Positions 1-8,742 of a stretch of 64,000 nucleotides of DNA are shown here, one piece after another. Source of the DNA: an uncultured Phycisphaerales bacterium (GTDB lineage Bacteria; Planctomycetota; Phycisphaerae; Tepidisphaerales; Tepidisphaeraceae); NCBI GenBank assembly GCA_963758525.1, contig CAVWVQ010000003.1, forward strand, positions 2,432,001-2,496,000. Reading direction: 5' to 3'. The notes under the pieces are model-generated. The model was given only the letters and a program-made list of their open reading frames with translations. It made no database searches and was not told the origin of the DNA. Made by a program: the position numbers and the translations under genes. Positions within the stretch are counted from its first letter, which is position 1. Each line of letters begins with the position of its first letter.

Positions 1-359
1 CCATAGAGCCTTTCGTACATCTCTCCCGACTGCTCGTATTTGCTGACCGCATCCGCCGGGCGTCCTACCGCCTGCAGGAAAACGCCGACGTAGTACAGGT
101 TCGTCACGACGTCCCGGTTATCCTGATTCGGATAGAGACGCTGCCGCATTTCCAAAGCCGCCTGGCATTTTTTCAGTGCCTGCGGATATTGCCCCAGCGA
201 GCCAAGAAATGTGCCGATTGCCTGGAGCTGGGCTGCCGCCGCCGGTGAGTCGCCGGCGAGCCGCGTTGTTGGCTGTGTTGTGGACTGCGTCGAAATCGGC
301 TGAGCGATAAGGAGCGACGGTACAGCCAGCACCAGAGCACCACGCACCAGCGGGTGCAT
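1..359 (-). CDS. Secreted TPR-repeat protein, N-terminal part (runs off window edge)
   Basis: Own translation from ATG at 359: MHPLVRGALVLAVPSLLIAQPISTQSTTQPTT...LGSLGQYPQALKKCQAALEMRQRLYPNQDNRDVVTNLYYVG. Signal-peptide-like start followed by kinesin-light-chain-like TPR helices. Confidence 0.7.
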   Translation of the reverse strand, partial: MHPLVRGALVLAVPSLLIAQPISTQSTTQPTTRLAGDSPAAAAQLQAIGTFLGSLGQYPQALKKCQAALEMRQRLYPNQDNRDVVTNLYYVGVFLQAVGRPADAVSKYEQSGEMYERLY

Positions 360-519
360 TGCTGTGACTGTGGCTGCCGAATATGCATGACGCTTGCCTG
401 TCAGTCGTTACGATCCCGGCTGCACTCGACTGCAAGGCTGAGTTTCAATTATACAGAAACTCAGGCTTGAAAAGGACGGGTCCGGGTCTTTCCGGCGCGG
501 GAAAGTATAGTGGACGATT

Positions 520-2475
520 ATGAGCGAAAGCGAAAGCTTGGAAGAACTCGTGCGGGAGACGGTCGAGGTCACCGGAGCATCGCTCCCTGCACTGCTGGAG
601 AAGGACGCTCCGATCCTCGATCGGGCCGCGATCAGTGCTGACGGGCCGGGAGATTTCTATCTTGTCGGTCTGATCGGGGGCAAGGAAGTGGGCAAAAGCG
701 CCTTGGTCAACGCCCTGGCGGGGGAGAAGGTGACAGTCAGCACCGCGTATGGGCCGGGGACGGAAGTGGCAATCGCTTACGCGCACGCTTCTCAGGAGGG
801 CGGGGTGGGTGCGCTCCTGGAGCGGATCGTTCCGGGAAAGTTTCGCGTCGTGAAACATCAGGTGGCCGACCTGCGCGGGCTGGTGCTTCTGGATTTGCCG
901 GATATCGACAGCCATTACCGGGATCATCTGCAGACCACCCGCGCGGTGCTCCGGCATCTGCTTTTTCCCGTGTGGGTCGGAAGCGTGGAGAAATATGCGG
1001 ATCAGCAGCCGATGCGATTGCTGGCGCAGGTGGCGGCGGGGAACGCGCCGGAGAATTTTGTGTTTTGTTTGAATAAGGGGGATCAAGTGGAAGAAGGCAC
1101 GGAGGCACGGAGGCACGGAGGCACGAAGGGTGAGGAAGGGGGAGGGGGAGAGGCACGGAGGCGCGAAGGCACGGAGGCAGCGGAGGGACAGGCACGAAGG
1201 CACCAAGGCACGGAGGCACGAAGGGAAGGAACGGGGGGAGAGGATTCTGTCTCGGCTCCGCGTTTGTCTGCTGCACCTTTCTCCCCTCCACTTTCTGCTT
1301 CTCTGCTCTCTCGCGCGGGGGGCGAGGCGGTGGAAGAGTTGCGGGAGGATTATGCGGAAAGAATTGGCAGGACATTGGGTTTGGCCAGCGCGCCGCGGGT
1401 GTTTGTGATTAGCGCGATTCAACCTTTGCGGTTTGACTTGCCGGAACTGCGGGGGATGTTGATGCGGGCAAAGGCCGCTTCGGTCGTCAAAGAGTCGAAG
1501 GAACTTGCGACGCAACGGCAGGAGCGGTCGCTATTGAGTTGGTTGGGCACGCAGGAACTGCCGGTTCGGGCGCGGCGGCTGGCGCGGTTGCGGGAGGAGG
1601 CGGAGGAGTTGCTCTCCAACCGGCTGGGGGCGGCGCTGCTGGAGCGCATGGCGCCGCGCCTCGCCGCCGACGCGGGGGCGCGGCTGGCGATCGGGGATGA
1701 AGTGCTCGAAGAGCGAGTGGCGCGCTGGCCGATCGTGAATCTGGTGCATACGCTGTTTTCCCCGTTTCTGGTCATGGCGCGTGGCATGACCTCGCGGCAG
1801 GCGGTGGCGCCGCGAAGCGCCGAAAGCCTCGTGGACGCGTGCATGCGCGAGACGGAGGAGCCGGTGTCGACGCTGCTGCAGTCGGCCTTCGGGCAGTTGC
1901 GCCGATCGCAGCCGATCGTGGGAGAGTTGTATGCGGGGAATAAATTGTGGGAATCGGCCCCGGCCGATGCCGCGGCGGGGGAGTTGTCGCGCCGGTTGTC
2001 GCAGACGCTGCTGCATCAGCGTGCAGCCGTGCGCCAGCAGATGGCCGGGCGCGGGGCATGGGCTGGCCTGCCGATCCGCTGGCTGCTCACGATCGGCGCG
2101 GTGCTCTGGTTTCCGTTTGTGCAGCCGATTCTCAGCGAGGCGATGGCGAGTCATCGATCCGTCAGTTCACTGGCAGCAGCGGCACTGGTGATTGAAGTGC
2201 TCGGCGTCGATTACCTGCTCAAAAGTGCAATCTTTCTGTCGATTTGGTTTGTCGTGCTCTGGCTCGTCCTGAGATGGAACACCCAGCGCACAGTCGATCG
2301 TCTCGTGCAACGATGGGGCTCGGCGGATGTCGCCGACGCGTCAGTGAACCTCAGCGCGCAGTCGATGCAGTGGATGGAAGATCTCCTGTCGCCGATCCGG
2401 AATTCGGAGGAGCGGATCCTTTCGCTGGCCAAGCGGGTTGAGCAGTTTGACGAATCGACTCGCCGGGCGGGATGA
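520..2475 (+). CDS. Membrane-associated P-loop GTPase (MMR_HSR1/dynamin-like domain, C-terminal TM pair)
   Basis: G1 GGKEVGKS, G3 DLPD, G4 NKGD and hydrophobic C-terminal helices. Contains a repeat-derived in-frame insert. Confidence 0.75.
   Translation: MSESESLEELVRETVEVTGASLPALLEKDAPILDRAAISADGPGDFYLVGLIGGKEVGKSALVNALAGEKVTVSTAYGPGTEVAIAYAHASQEGGVGALLERIVPGKFRVVKHQVADLRGLVLLDLPDIDSHYRDHLQTTRAVLRHLLFPVWVGSVEKYADQQPMRLLAQVAAGNAPENFVFCLNKGDQVEEGTEARRHGGTKGEEGGGGEARRREGTEAAEGQARRHQGTEARREGTGGEDSVSAPRLSAAPFSPPLSASLLSRAGGEAVEELREDYAERIGRTLGLASAPRVFVISAIQPLRFDLPELRGMLMRAKAASVVKESKELATQRQERSLLSWLGTQELPVRARRLARLREEAEELLSNRLGAALLERMAPRLAADAGARLAIGDEVLEERVARWPIVNLVHTLFSPFLVMARGMTSRQAVAPRSAESLVDACMRETEEPVSTLLQSAFGQLRRSQPIVGELYAGNKLWESAPADAAAGELSRRLSQTLLHQRAAVRQQMAGRGAWAGLPIRWLLTIGAVLWFPFVQPILSEAMASHRSVSSLAAAALVIEVLGVDYLLKSAIFLSIWFVVLWLVLRWNTQRTVDRLVQRWGSADVADASVNLSAQSMQWMEDLLSPIRNSEERILSLAKRVEQFDESTRRAG
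1095..1224 (+). repeat. Octamer tandem repeat AGGCACG(G/A) inside the GTPase CDS
   Basis: aggcacgg aggcacgg aggcacgg aggcacga...; same unit as the intergenic array at 19077-19147. Confidence 0.9.
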
Positions 2476-2500
2476 CGAAACTGCGGGATTTCGCGCAGAA

Positions 2501-2592
2501 ACCGAGGGTGCAAGCACCGCTCGGCGTTCACGTTTTAAATCGCCGCTGACTGACAGAGATCTCCGAACGCCGAGGGTGCTTGCACCCTCGGT
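2501..2592. repeat. REP-like inverted doublet, family A
   Basis: ACCGAGGGTGCAAGCACCGCTCGGCGTTC ... GAACGCCGAGGGTGCTTGCACCCTCGGT between convergent genes; second copy at 7087-7171. Confidence 0.85.
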
Positions 2593-2605
2593 ATCGCGCT
2601 CCCGT

Positions 2606-3037
2606 TCACGCACCCGCAGATGAACTCTGCAAATGGGCATGCGCCAGCCGAAGGATTTCGCGCGAGCTTGCGTAGGTGAGTCGCTTCATGGCGGGTTCGA
2701 AGGGCAGATACGCGAAACCAACGTGTTCGTCGCTCAGGCGGATAGTGCCCTGTCCCACTTCGGCGAGGAAAAAAACAACCGTCTTGTGAACCAACTGATG
2801 CTTGCGATCGCGAAAGTAGTAGTTAATTTCCTGGTGGAAGCCTGCCATCGGCGTAGGATTGGCTAGTGACGTCTCTTCCTGCAACTCGCGCACTGCCGCC
2901 GTCAGATCGTCTTCCCCTTTTTCCACGTGCCCCTTGGTGAAGTCCCAATGTCTTCCATAATCCAAGAGCAGATATTCCCAATCAGCCGCGCTGCGACGGA
3001 AGATCACGAATCCGGCCGAGCGCTGAATGCGGGACAT
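2606..3037 (-). CDS. NUDIX hydrolase, Ap4A hydrolase-like
   Basis: Nudix box KGHVEKGEDDLTAAVRELQEETSL, plus SAGFVIFR and LSDEH motifs. Confidence 0.85.
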   Translation of the reverse strand: MSRIQRSAGFVIFRRSAADWEYLLLDYGRHWDFTKGHVEKGEDDLTAAVRELQEETSLANPTPMAGFHQEINYYFRDRKHQLVHKTVVFFLAEVGQGTIRLSDEHVGFAYLPFEPAMKRLTYASSREILRLAHAHLQSSSAGA

Positions 3038-3165
3038 GAAAAGGCTTTTAACGAAGCGCCGCGGCGGCTGCAAGGGTTGCAGCGCCGCGGCAAGGTAAAA
3101 CGTTACGACAGAGGCTGTCCCGCCCCAGGCTCACGGCGAACCATTATGAGAATGCGTAGCCCGGC

Positions 3166-3345
3166 CTATACCGCGGCTCCGTTAATCATCCGGATAATGA
3201 AGATGATGACCGCAAGGACGAGGAAGATTCCCAGCACCATCTTGCCCATCCCGGCGCTCATTCCCGCCACTCCCTTGGCGCCCAATACATAAGCGACCAG
3301 TGCGATTACCAAAAACACCAGACCGGCGGAAAGCAGCGTATCCAT
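3166..3345 (-). CDS. Small membrane protein, DUF1328/UPF0391-like (59 aa)
   Basis: Own translation MDTLLSAGLVFLVIALVAYVLGAKGVAGMSAGMGKMVLGIFLVLAVIIFIIRMINGAAV; AGGAG RBS upstream. Confidence 0.75.
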   Translation of the reverse strand: MDTLLSAGLVFLVIALVAYVLGAKGVAGMSAGMGKMVLGIFLVLAVIIFIIRMINGAAV

Positions 3346-3410
3346 GGGAGAGCTCCTGAGTGAGGGGTTATCATTTCGCGGGCCGCGCCCGCTAAACTTG
3401 CATTGAGCTA

Positions 3411-4330
3411 GGCTCTGTCTGACGGATCGAATGTTCGGCGCTCGTTAGGTATTGCGCGTTCTTCTATGATCGTCATGATGTTCTCCACATGGAGGACAGA
3501 TGGCGCACTACGAACTCACGGATGATCACTGGAACCTGATCAAGGCACTTTTCCCCGTACAAAAACGTGGCGGACGATGGAACGACCACCGCATCACGCT
3601 CAATGGGATGCTCTGGATTCTTCGCTCCGGAGCTCCATGGCGAGACATGCCCGAACGCTACGGGAAATGGAAGAGCGTCTATGATCGCTTCAACCGCTGG
3701 CGGCGCGAAGGCTTCTTCGATCGCATCCTCAAAGCACTGCGGATTCGACTCAACAAGGAGGGCAAGATCGATTGGGATCTCTGGCTCGTCGACGGCTCCA
3801 ATGTGCGTGCTTCTCGCGCTGCCGCCGGGCGCAAAAAGGGGGCGCGGCCTCGACTTCGAACCGGCCGACCACGCGCTGGGCCGCTCGCGCGGCGGATGGG
3901 GATCAAAGTTCCACGTGGTTACTGACGGAAAGGGCCTTGTGCTCGCCGTCACCGTTACCGCGGGGCAAACGCACGAATCCACGCAGCTCCACAAGGTGAT
4001 GCACGCGGTGCAGCACCCCTGCACATCGGCTGGCCGGGGAAGATCGCGGGCGACAAAGGGTACAGCTACGAAACCGTTCGCCAGTTCCTGGCCGATTGCG
4101 GGATCGAAGCCGTCATCCCGCGCAAATCCAATCAGCCACGACCAAAGGGCGAGCGATTCGATAAAAGCAGCTACCGCAAACGAAGCCGCATCGAGTGTGC
4201 TATCGGATGGCTCAAGGAATGTCGTCGGCTGGGAACACGCTATGAGAAGCTGGCTCTTAACTTCTTGAGCTTCGCCAAACTCGCTATCATGCTGAAATAC
4301 CTGAGGGTTCTCGATCCGTCAGACAGAGCC
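3411..4330 (+). mobile_element. IS5-family insertion sequence (IS427-like subgroup), 920 bp
   Basis: Perfect 20-bp terminal inverted repeats GGCTCTGTCTGACGGATCGA / TCGATCCGTCAGACAGAGCC; TA duplication (3409-3410, 4331-4332) in a CTAG target; transposase inside. Confidence 0.95.
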
Positions 4331-4333
4331 TAG
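3500..4333 (+). CDS. IS5-family DDE transposase split over frames (orfA/orfB slippery site A5G5 at 3833-3842; extra break near 4010-4040)
   Basis: LTDDHW...LRSGAPWRDMPERYGKWKSVYDRFNRW; LGRSRGGWGSKFH; DKGYS; YRKRSRIECAIGWLKECRRLGTRYEK. The stop TAG is formed by the target site. Confidence 0.9.
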
Positions 4334-4335
4334 TG

Positions 4336-4350
4336 GCAAATGGTGGGCCA
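4336..4350 (-). promoter_or_regulatory. Candidate sigma-54 (-24/-12) promoter
   Basis: Minus strand TGGCCCACCATTTGC with correct GG-N10-GC spacing, pointing into the IS and towards the DUF1328 gene. Confidence 0.4.
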
Positions 4351-4412
4351 GCGCGATGTTTACGTGTGTCCCCCTCATGTCCGACAGATGCAACGGACAG
4401 ATGTGTTAGCCC

Positions 4413-5990
4413 ATGGCGGATGACAGCAACAATTTGTCGCGTTCCATTTCTCAATGGCACAGACTTCCAGAGCGAAGCGTCATGCGGTGGCTCAGTGGCC
4501 TTGTCCCTATTACCTGGAGCCGCAGCGCCGGATGGTATCTGCGACTGCTGGCGCTGATTTACCTCGCGGCGTTCATCTCCCTTTGGGTGCAGGTTGAGGG
4601 CTTAATCGGCAGCCAAGGCATCGCGCCGGTCGAACCCTACTTGCAGGCGGTGCGATCGCACATGGGATATATCCCGTGGTGGCAGGTGCCGACTCTTTGC
4701 TGGATGAATACATCCGATGGCTTCCTCTGGTTGCAATGCGGCGCCGGCGCGCTGCTGTCGATCGTCGCGGCGCTCGGGATCGCACAGGTTCCGGTTTTCG
4801 CATTGCTCTGGCTTCTTTATCTGTCATTGACGGTCGCGAGCCAGCAGTTTCTGGGATACCAATGGGACAATCTCCTGCTGGAGGCGGGATTCCTTGCGAT
4901 CTTTCTGGCGCCGGTGCAATGGCTCGCATGGAGGCCGCGCTGGGCGGAGCCGCCAGTCATCGTCATGTGGCTGCAGCGATGGCTGATCTTCCGTCTGATG
5001 TTTCTCTCCGGCGTGGTAAAGCTCAACAGCGGCGACCCCAATTGGCGCAACCTCACCGCGCTGACGTACCACTACTGGACGCAGCCGCTGCCGACGTGGA
5101 CAAGCTATTACGCGTCGCATTGGCCCGTCGGATTTCAGAAGTTTTCCGCGGTCAGCATGTTTGTGGTCGAATTGGGAATGCCGTTGCTGATGCTAGGGCC
5201 GCGCCGTCTGCGAACGGCCGCAGCCCTGGGCGTGATCGTGCTCCAGTTGCTTATTCTTGCTACGGGCAACTACGGCTTCTTCAATCTGCTGGCCATCGCG
5301 TTGTGCGTGCCGTTGCTGGATGATTCGATGTTGCCGAGGTTGTGGCCGGGGCTTGCCCGCGCGCCAACGTCGCAACGGCCAGTGTCTGAGCAACCACGGT
5401 TTTGGATCACGGCAGCCTTGGCCGTTGTTGTTGTCCTGGTGACGGGCGTGCAATTTGCACGCACGTGCGGGCTGATCAGCAACTCTCTGCCGCTTCCTCT
5501 CGAACTTGTATCTGAGACGCTTTCGCCGCTGCGCTCGATGAACTCGTATGGCTTGTTCGCCGTGATGACGACGCAGCGCCACGAATTGATCTTCGAGGGA
5601 AGCAACGACGCCGCGACGTGGAAGGAATACGGCTTCAAGTGGAAGCCGGGTGATGTGAAGAAGCGGCCGGCTTTTTGCATCCCGCACCTTCCGCGATTGG
5701 ACTGGCAGCTTTGGTTCGCCGCGCTCGATCCACAGGGCAACATGCCGACGATTGACGGGCTGGTGCGGGGGATTCTGCGCGGATCCAAGCCGGTGATGGG
5801 ATTGATGGATACAGACCCGTTCGCGGGTCGACCGCCGCGATACGTGCGTGTAAAGGTCTACGATTATCGATTCACGAACGCGAACGAGGGATCGCGAACG
5901 GGGGATTGGTGGGTACGCACCGATACGGGGATGCATACGGATGCCTACACTCTCGCCAATGTCGGATCGTCGGATTCAGGGAGTGAGTGA
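4413..5990 (+). CDS. Lipase maturation factor (LMF1) family membrane protein
   Basis: YQWDNLLLEAGFL, FRLMFLSGVVKL, YHYWTQPLP, TGNYGFFNLL, PHLPRLDWQLWFAAL. Confidence 0.92.
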   Translation: MADDSNNLSRSISQWHRLPERSVMRWLSGLVPITWSRSAGWYLRLLALIYLAAFISLWVQVEGLIGSQGIAPVEPYLQAVRSHMGYIPWWQVPTLCWMNTSDGFLWLQCGAGALLSIVAALGIAQVPVFALLWLLYLSLTVASQQFLGYQWDNLLLEAGFLAIFLAPVQWLAWRPRWAEPPVIVMWLQRWLIFRLMFLSGVVKLNSGDPNWRNLTALTYHYWTQPLPTWTSYYASHWPVGFQKFSAVSMFVVELGMPLLMLGPRRLRTAAALGVIVLQLLILATGNYGFFNLLAIALCVPLLDDSMLPRLWPGLARAPTSQRPVSEQPRFWITAALAVVVVLVTGVQFARTCGLISNSLPLPLELVSETLSPLRSMNSYGLFAVMTTQRHELIFEGSNDAATWKEYGFKWKPGDVKKRPAFCIPHLPRLDWQLWFAALDPQGNMPTIDGLVRGILRGSKPVMGLMDTDPFAGRPPRYVRVKVYDYRFTNANEGSRTGDWWVRTDTGMHTDAYTLANVGSSDSGSE

Positions 5991-6015
5991 AGGGTGCTGA
6001 TTGAGTTGCTTCGCG

Positions 6016-6043
6016 CGTGGCATGGGCGTCCCGTCGCCCATGC
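6016..6043. repeat. Single REP-like hairpin, family C
   Basis: CGTGGCATGGGCGTCCCGTCGCCCATGC, similar to 32621, 57851 and 62661. Confidence 0.6.
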
Positions 6044-6206
6044 GAGGTCCACCATGAGTAATAGCAATCAAATTTTCAGATGCGTCTTGATTGTCGACTT
6101 GATCAAACATTTCAATTCCGACGTTCTGGCAAAATCTGGGCTCTGCGGAAATGTCGTCCCACGCGGATCAGTGTGGACGGCAAATTGCCGATAACCAGTT
6201 AAAGAG

Positions 6207-7058
6207 ATGAGCTACGTCGTCTGTCAGATCTTCGGCGGCTTCGGCAATCAGCTTTTCCAGTATGCGGCCGCGCAGAGCGTCGCCGCTGCGTCCGGCCGAA
6301 AGCTGCTCCTCTGGCCCGCAACCCACCTCACCCCCGACCGGCCCTATGCCTTGAGCAAGGTCGCTCCCCCCGAGCAGTTGATCACACATTCTCGCAACCG
6401 GATGTTGCAGTGGTATGTCGAGCCGAAGAGCGCGCGCGTCACGCGGACCATCGCGGCACTTCTGCGGCTTTCCTGCCGAGTCACCTGGCTGATCGACAAG
6501 CAGAAAGGGTACGACCCGAGCATCGAGTCGATTCCAGGGATTCTGGTGCTGATGGGATTCTGGCAGAGCGAACGCTATTTCTCTCAGTCGAAAGAAAAGG
6601 TCGCCGGGACAATTCGCCGCGCGTTTGGAATTGAGCCGGTCTCTAATGCAGACACGTCGGTATGCATCCACGTCAGACGCGGCGATTACATCGGCAACGG
6701 CCATCTGTCTCTCACGCCGATGAGCTACTTCGAGCAGGCGATTTCGTACATGCGATCGAAACTGGGGGCTCCGCAGTTCACGGTCTTCTCCGACGACCCG
6801 CAATGGTGCCGCGAGCAGTTCCGCGGATTCGCCGACGTGACGGTCCCTGACAACTCCGGCCGGCAGGAAGATCAGTTTCGGGAATTTTCCCAGATGGCGG
6901 GATTCGGCCATTTCATCATCTCCAACAGCACCTTCAGTTGGTGGGCCGCCTATCTGGGCACGCACCCCGGGAAAATCGTGGTCGCGCCAAAGCGATGGTT
7001 TTTGCCCCAAGCCAAGGCAGACTTTGATCCTGGACTGGACGGATGGGTGAGATTGTAG
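6207..7058 (+). CDS. Alpha-1,2-fucosyltransferase (GT11)
   Basis: GGFGNQLFQYA, GFWQSERYF, HVRRGDY, FSDDPQW, NSTFSWWAAYL. Confidence 0.92.
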   Translation: MSYVVCQIFGGFGNQLFQYAAAQSVAAASGRKLLLWPATHLTPDRPYALSKVAPPEQLITHSRNRMLQWYVEPKSARVTRTIAALLRLSCRVTWLIDKQKGYDPSIESIPGILVLMGFWQSERYFSQSKEKVAGTIRRAFGIEPVSNADTSVCIHVRRGDYIGNGHLSLTPMSYFEQAISYMRSKLGAPQFTVFSDDPQWCREQFRGFADVTVPDNSGRQEDQFREFSQMAGFGHFIISNSTFSWWAAYLGTHPGKIVVAPKRWFLPQAKADFDPGLDGWVRL

Positions 7059-7086
7059 TTGCCACGCGCCAGCGAGGGTTTGGGAG

Positions 7087-7171
7087 CCGGGGAACCGAGG
7101 GTGCGAGCACCGCTTGGCGTTGGGGAGACCATCGCGAACGCCGAGCGGTGCTTGCACCCTCGGTTCCCCGG
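7087..7171. repeat. REP-like inverted doublet, family A
   Basis: CCGGGGAACCGAGGGTGCGAGCACCGCTTGGCGTT ... AACGCCGAGCGGTGCTTGCACCCTCGGTTCCCCGG. Confidence 0.85.
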
Positions 7172-7368
7172 ACGCTGCCCTATTGCGGCGCACGAAAAGC
7201 TTCACTCTCAATGGGTCAAGGCACCACTTTTAGCAGCATCGGCATCCCGCACGTCTTTTTTCCCGCTTTGAAGGCGAAGATTCCCGAATTTACGGCGCGA
7301 TTCAGTCGATCCGCGTTACAATGAACGGCGGTCGAATCGGGCCGCCGGGGGAAAGAAAGGGATAGGCC

Positions 7369-7950
7369 ATGTCCACACTCTGCCCCAGTTGCGCCTCCAG
7401 GAACCTGGAAGGCGCTGACGAATGTTCGTTCTGCGGCGCGGATCTGCGATCCGTGGCGCTAGGCTCGGACCGCGGCGAAGAGGAACCGTCGGCGATGCAT
7501 CTGCCGCTGACGGCGATGGATCTCACCGTGGCCCACGCCGTCGCGCCAGACGCGCCGGTTGCCGACGCGGTGGACCTTCTGGTGGAGCAAAACATCGACA
7601 TTGTGCAAGTCGTCGAGAACAACCAGTTGATCGGCGTCTTGTCCGTGCGCGACGTCATGACGCGCTTGGGAGTCGATTATCCGGCCAAGCTCTCGCGACC
7701 GGTGCGCGAGTTCATGACCACGCGCGTCGAAACGCTGCCGCCCAATGCGCCGATTACGTTCGGCATCAACAAGATGGACGTCGGCGGATATCGCCACGTG
7801 CCGATCGTCCAGGACGGCCGGGTGGTCGGCGTCGCTTCCGCGCTGGATATGATGCGTTATCTGCTCAAAACCAGCCGCGAAGACACGGGTACGCAAGGGA
7901 CGATGACGCCCCCTTTTGACGCAGGGCCGCCCAGCGCCTTTTACACGTGA
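7369..7950 (+). CDS. Zinc-ribbon plus CBS-pair protein
   Basis: CPSC...CSFC at the N-terminus; two CBS domains (GVLSVRD, YRHVPIV). Confidence 0.85.
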   Translation: MSTLCPSCASRNLEGADECSFCGADLRSVALGSDRGEEEPSAMHLPLTAMDLTVAHAVAPDAPVADAVDLLVEQNIDIVQVVENNQLIGVLSVRDVMTRLGVDYPAKLSRPVREFMTTRVETLPPNAPITFGINKMDVGGYRHVPIVQDGRVVGVASALDMMRYLLKTSREDTGTQGTMTPPFDAGPPSAFYT

Positions 7951-7981
7951 CGCCACTTGCCCGCGTGCGAAGCACTCCGAT

Positions 7982-8093
7982 TCCTTTAGCCGCCTCGCTC
8001 GCGAGGCGTGGCCAGCGGCGCCGCTTTGCGAACGGCGCTTCACGGCATATCCGCGCCGTTGGACACGCCTCGCGAGCGAGGCGGCTGAAGGAG
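7982..8093. repeat. REP-like inverted doublet, family B
   Basis: TTAGCCGCCTCGCTCGCGAGGCGTGGCCA ... TGGACACGCCTCGCGAGCGAGGCGGCTGA between convergent genes; relatives at 25918 and 58525. Confidence 0.8.
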
Positions 8094-8145
8094 AAGGAAG
8101 TCGCTTCCGCGACTGCTGGGTGAGCAGACGACGAGGGGTTGACGA

Positions 8146-8742
8146 TCACCGCAAATTGAGAAACTCCAGCATGTGCTGCTCGAAGATCTTCTGCGCCTTG
8201 GGATCGTTAAGCGGAAGCCGCAGCTCGTTGATGACTTTGGTCCCCATGCCGATCCACTCGCGCCAGCAGTCGGCGCAGATTTTTGCGAAGATCTCCTGGC
8301 CTTGGGCATTGGAGAAAGGGGCCGACGCCATCCGCCGCGCCACCCGGCCGCAGCGCTGACACAAGACCTCACCCTCGCCGACCGGCTTCTCCACCCCGCT
8401 GGCCTTCAGTTCCGGAACGGGCGCCCCAAGCTCCTTGAGCTCGCGCAGCATGTCGTTCTTCGGCATCACGTCGCCGCGCTCGTGGGCCACGTTCACACCA
8501 GCGGTCAGTTGCTCGATCGCCTGATCCTTCTGCCCCAGTTTCAGCAGCGCGGCGGCCAGCAGTTGATACGCCTTGCTCAGCTTCGGATTCAGCGCCAGAC
8601 AGCGTTTCAGGCTGGCGGCAGCTTCCGTGGCGTTGCCCGCGTCAAGATACGCCCGGCCCAGCGAAAAATGCCCAAGTTCATTGTTCGGGTCATCCGTCGC
8701 CATCTTTTTGAACTGTTCGATTCGGCTCGCGCTATCGGCCAT
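8146..8742 (-). CDS. TPR plus Fe(II)-trafficking (YggX-like) domain protein
   Basis: N-terminal TPR (HFSLGRAY, AYQLLAAAL); C-terminal CWREWIGMGTKVINELRL...EQHMLEFL. Confidence 0.8.
   Translation of the reverse strand: MADSASRIEQFKKMATDDPNNELGHFSLGRAYLDAGNATEAAASLKRCLALNPKLSKAYQLLAAALLKLGQKDQAIEQLTAGVNVAHERGDVMPKNDMLRELKELGAPVPELKASGVEKPVGEGEVLCQRCGRVARRMASAPFSNAQGQEIFAKICADCWREWIGMGTKVINELRLPLNDPKAQKIFEQHMLEFLNLR

Noticed and set aside
3908..3921. parS-like GTTCCACGTGG inside the IS
   Set aside because: The right arm breaks down (GGTTAC) and it lies in transposase coding sequence.
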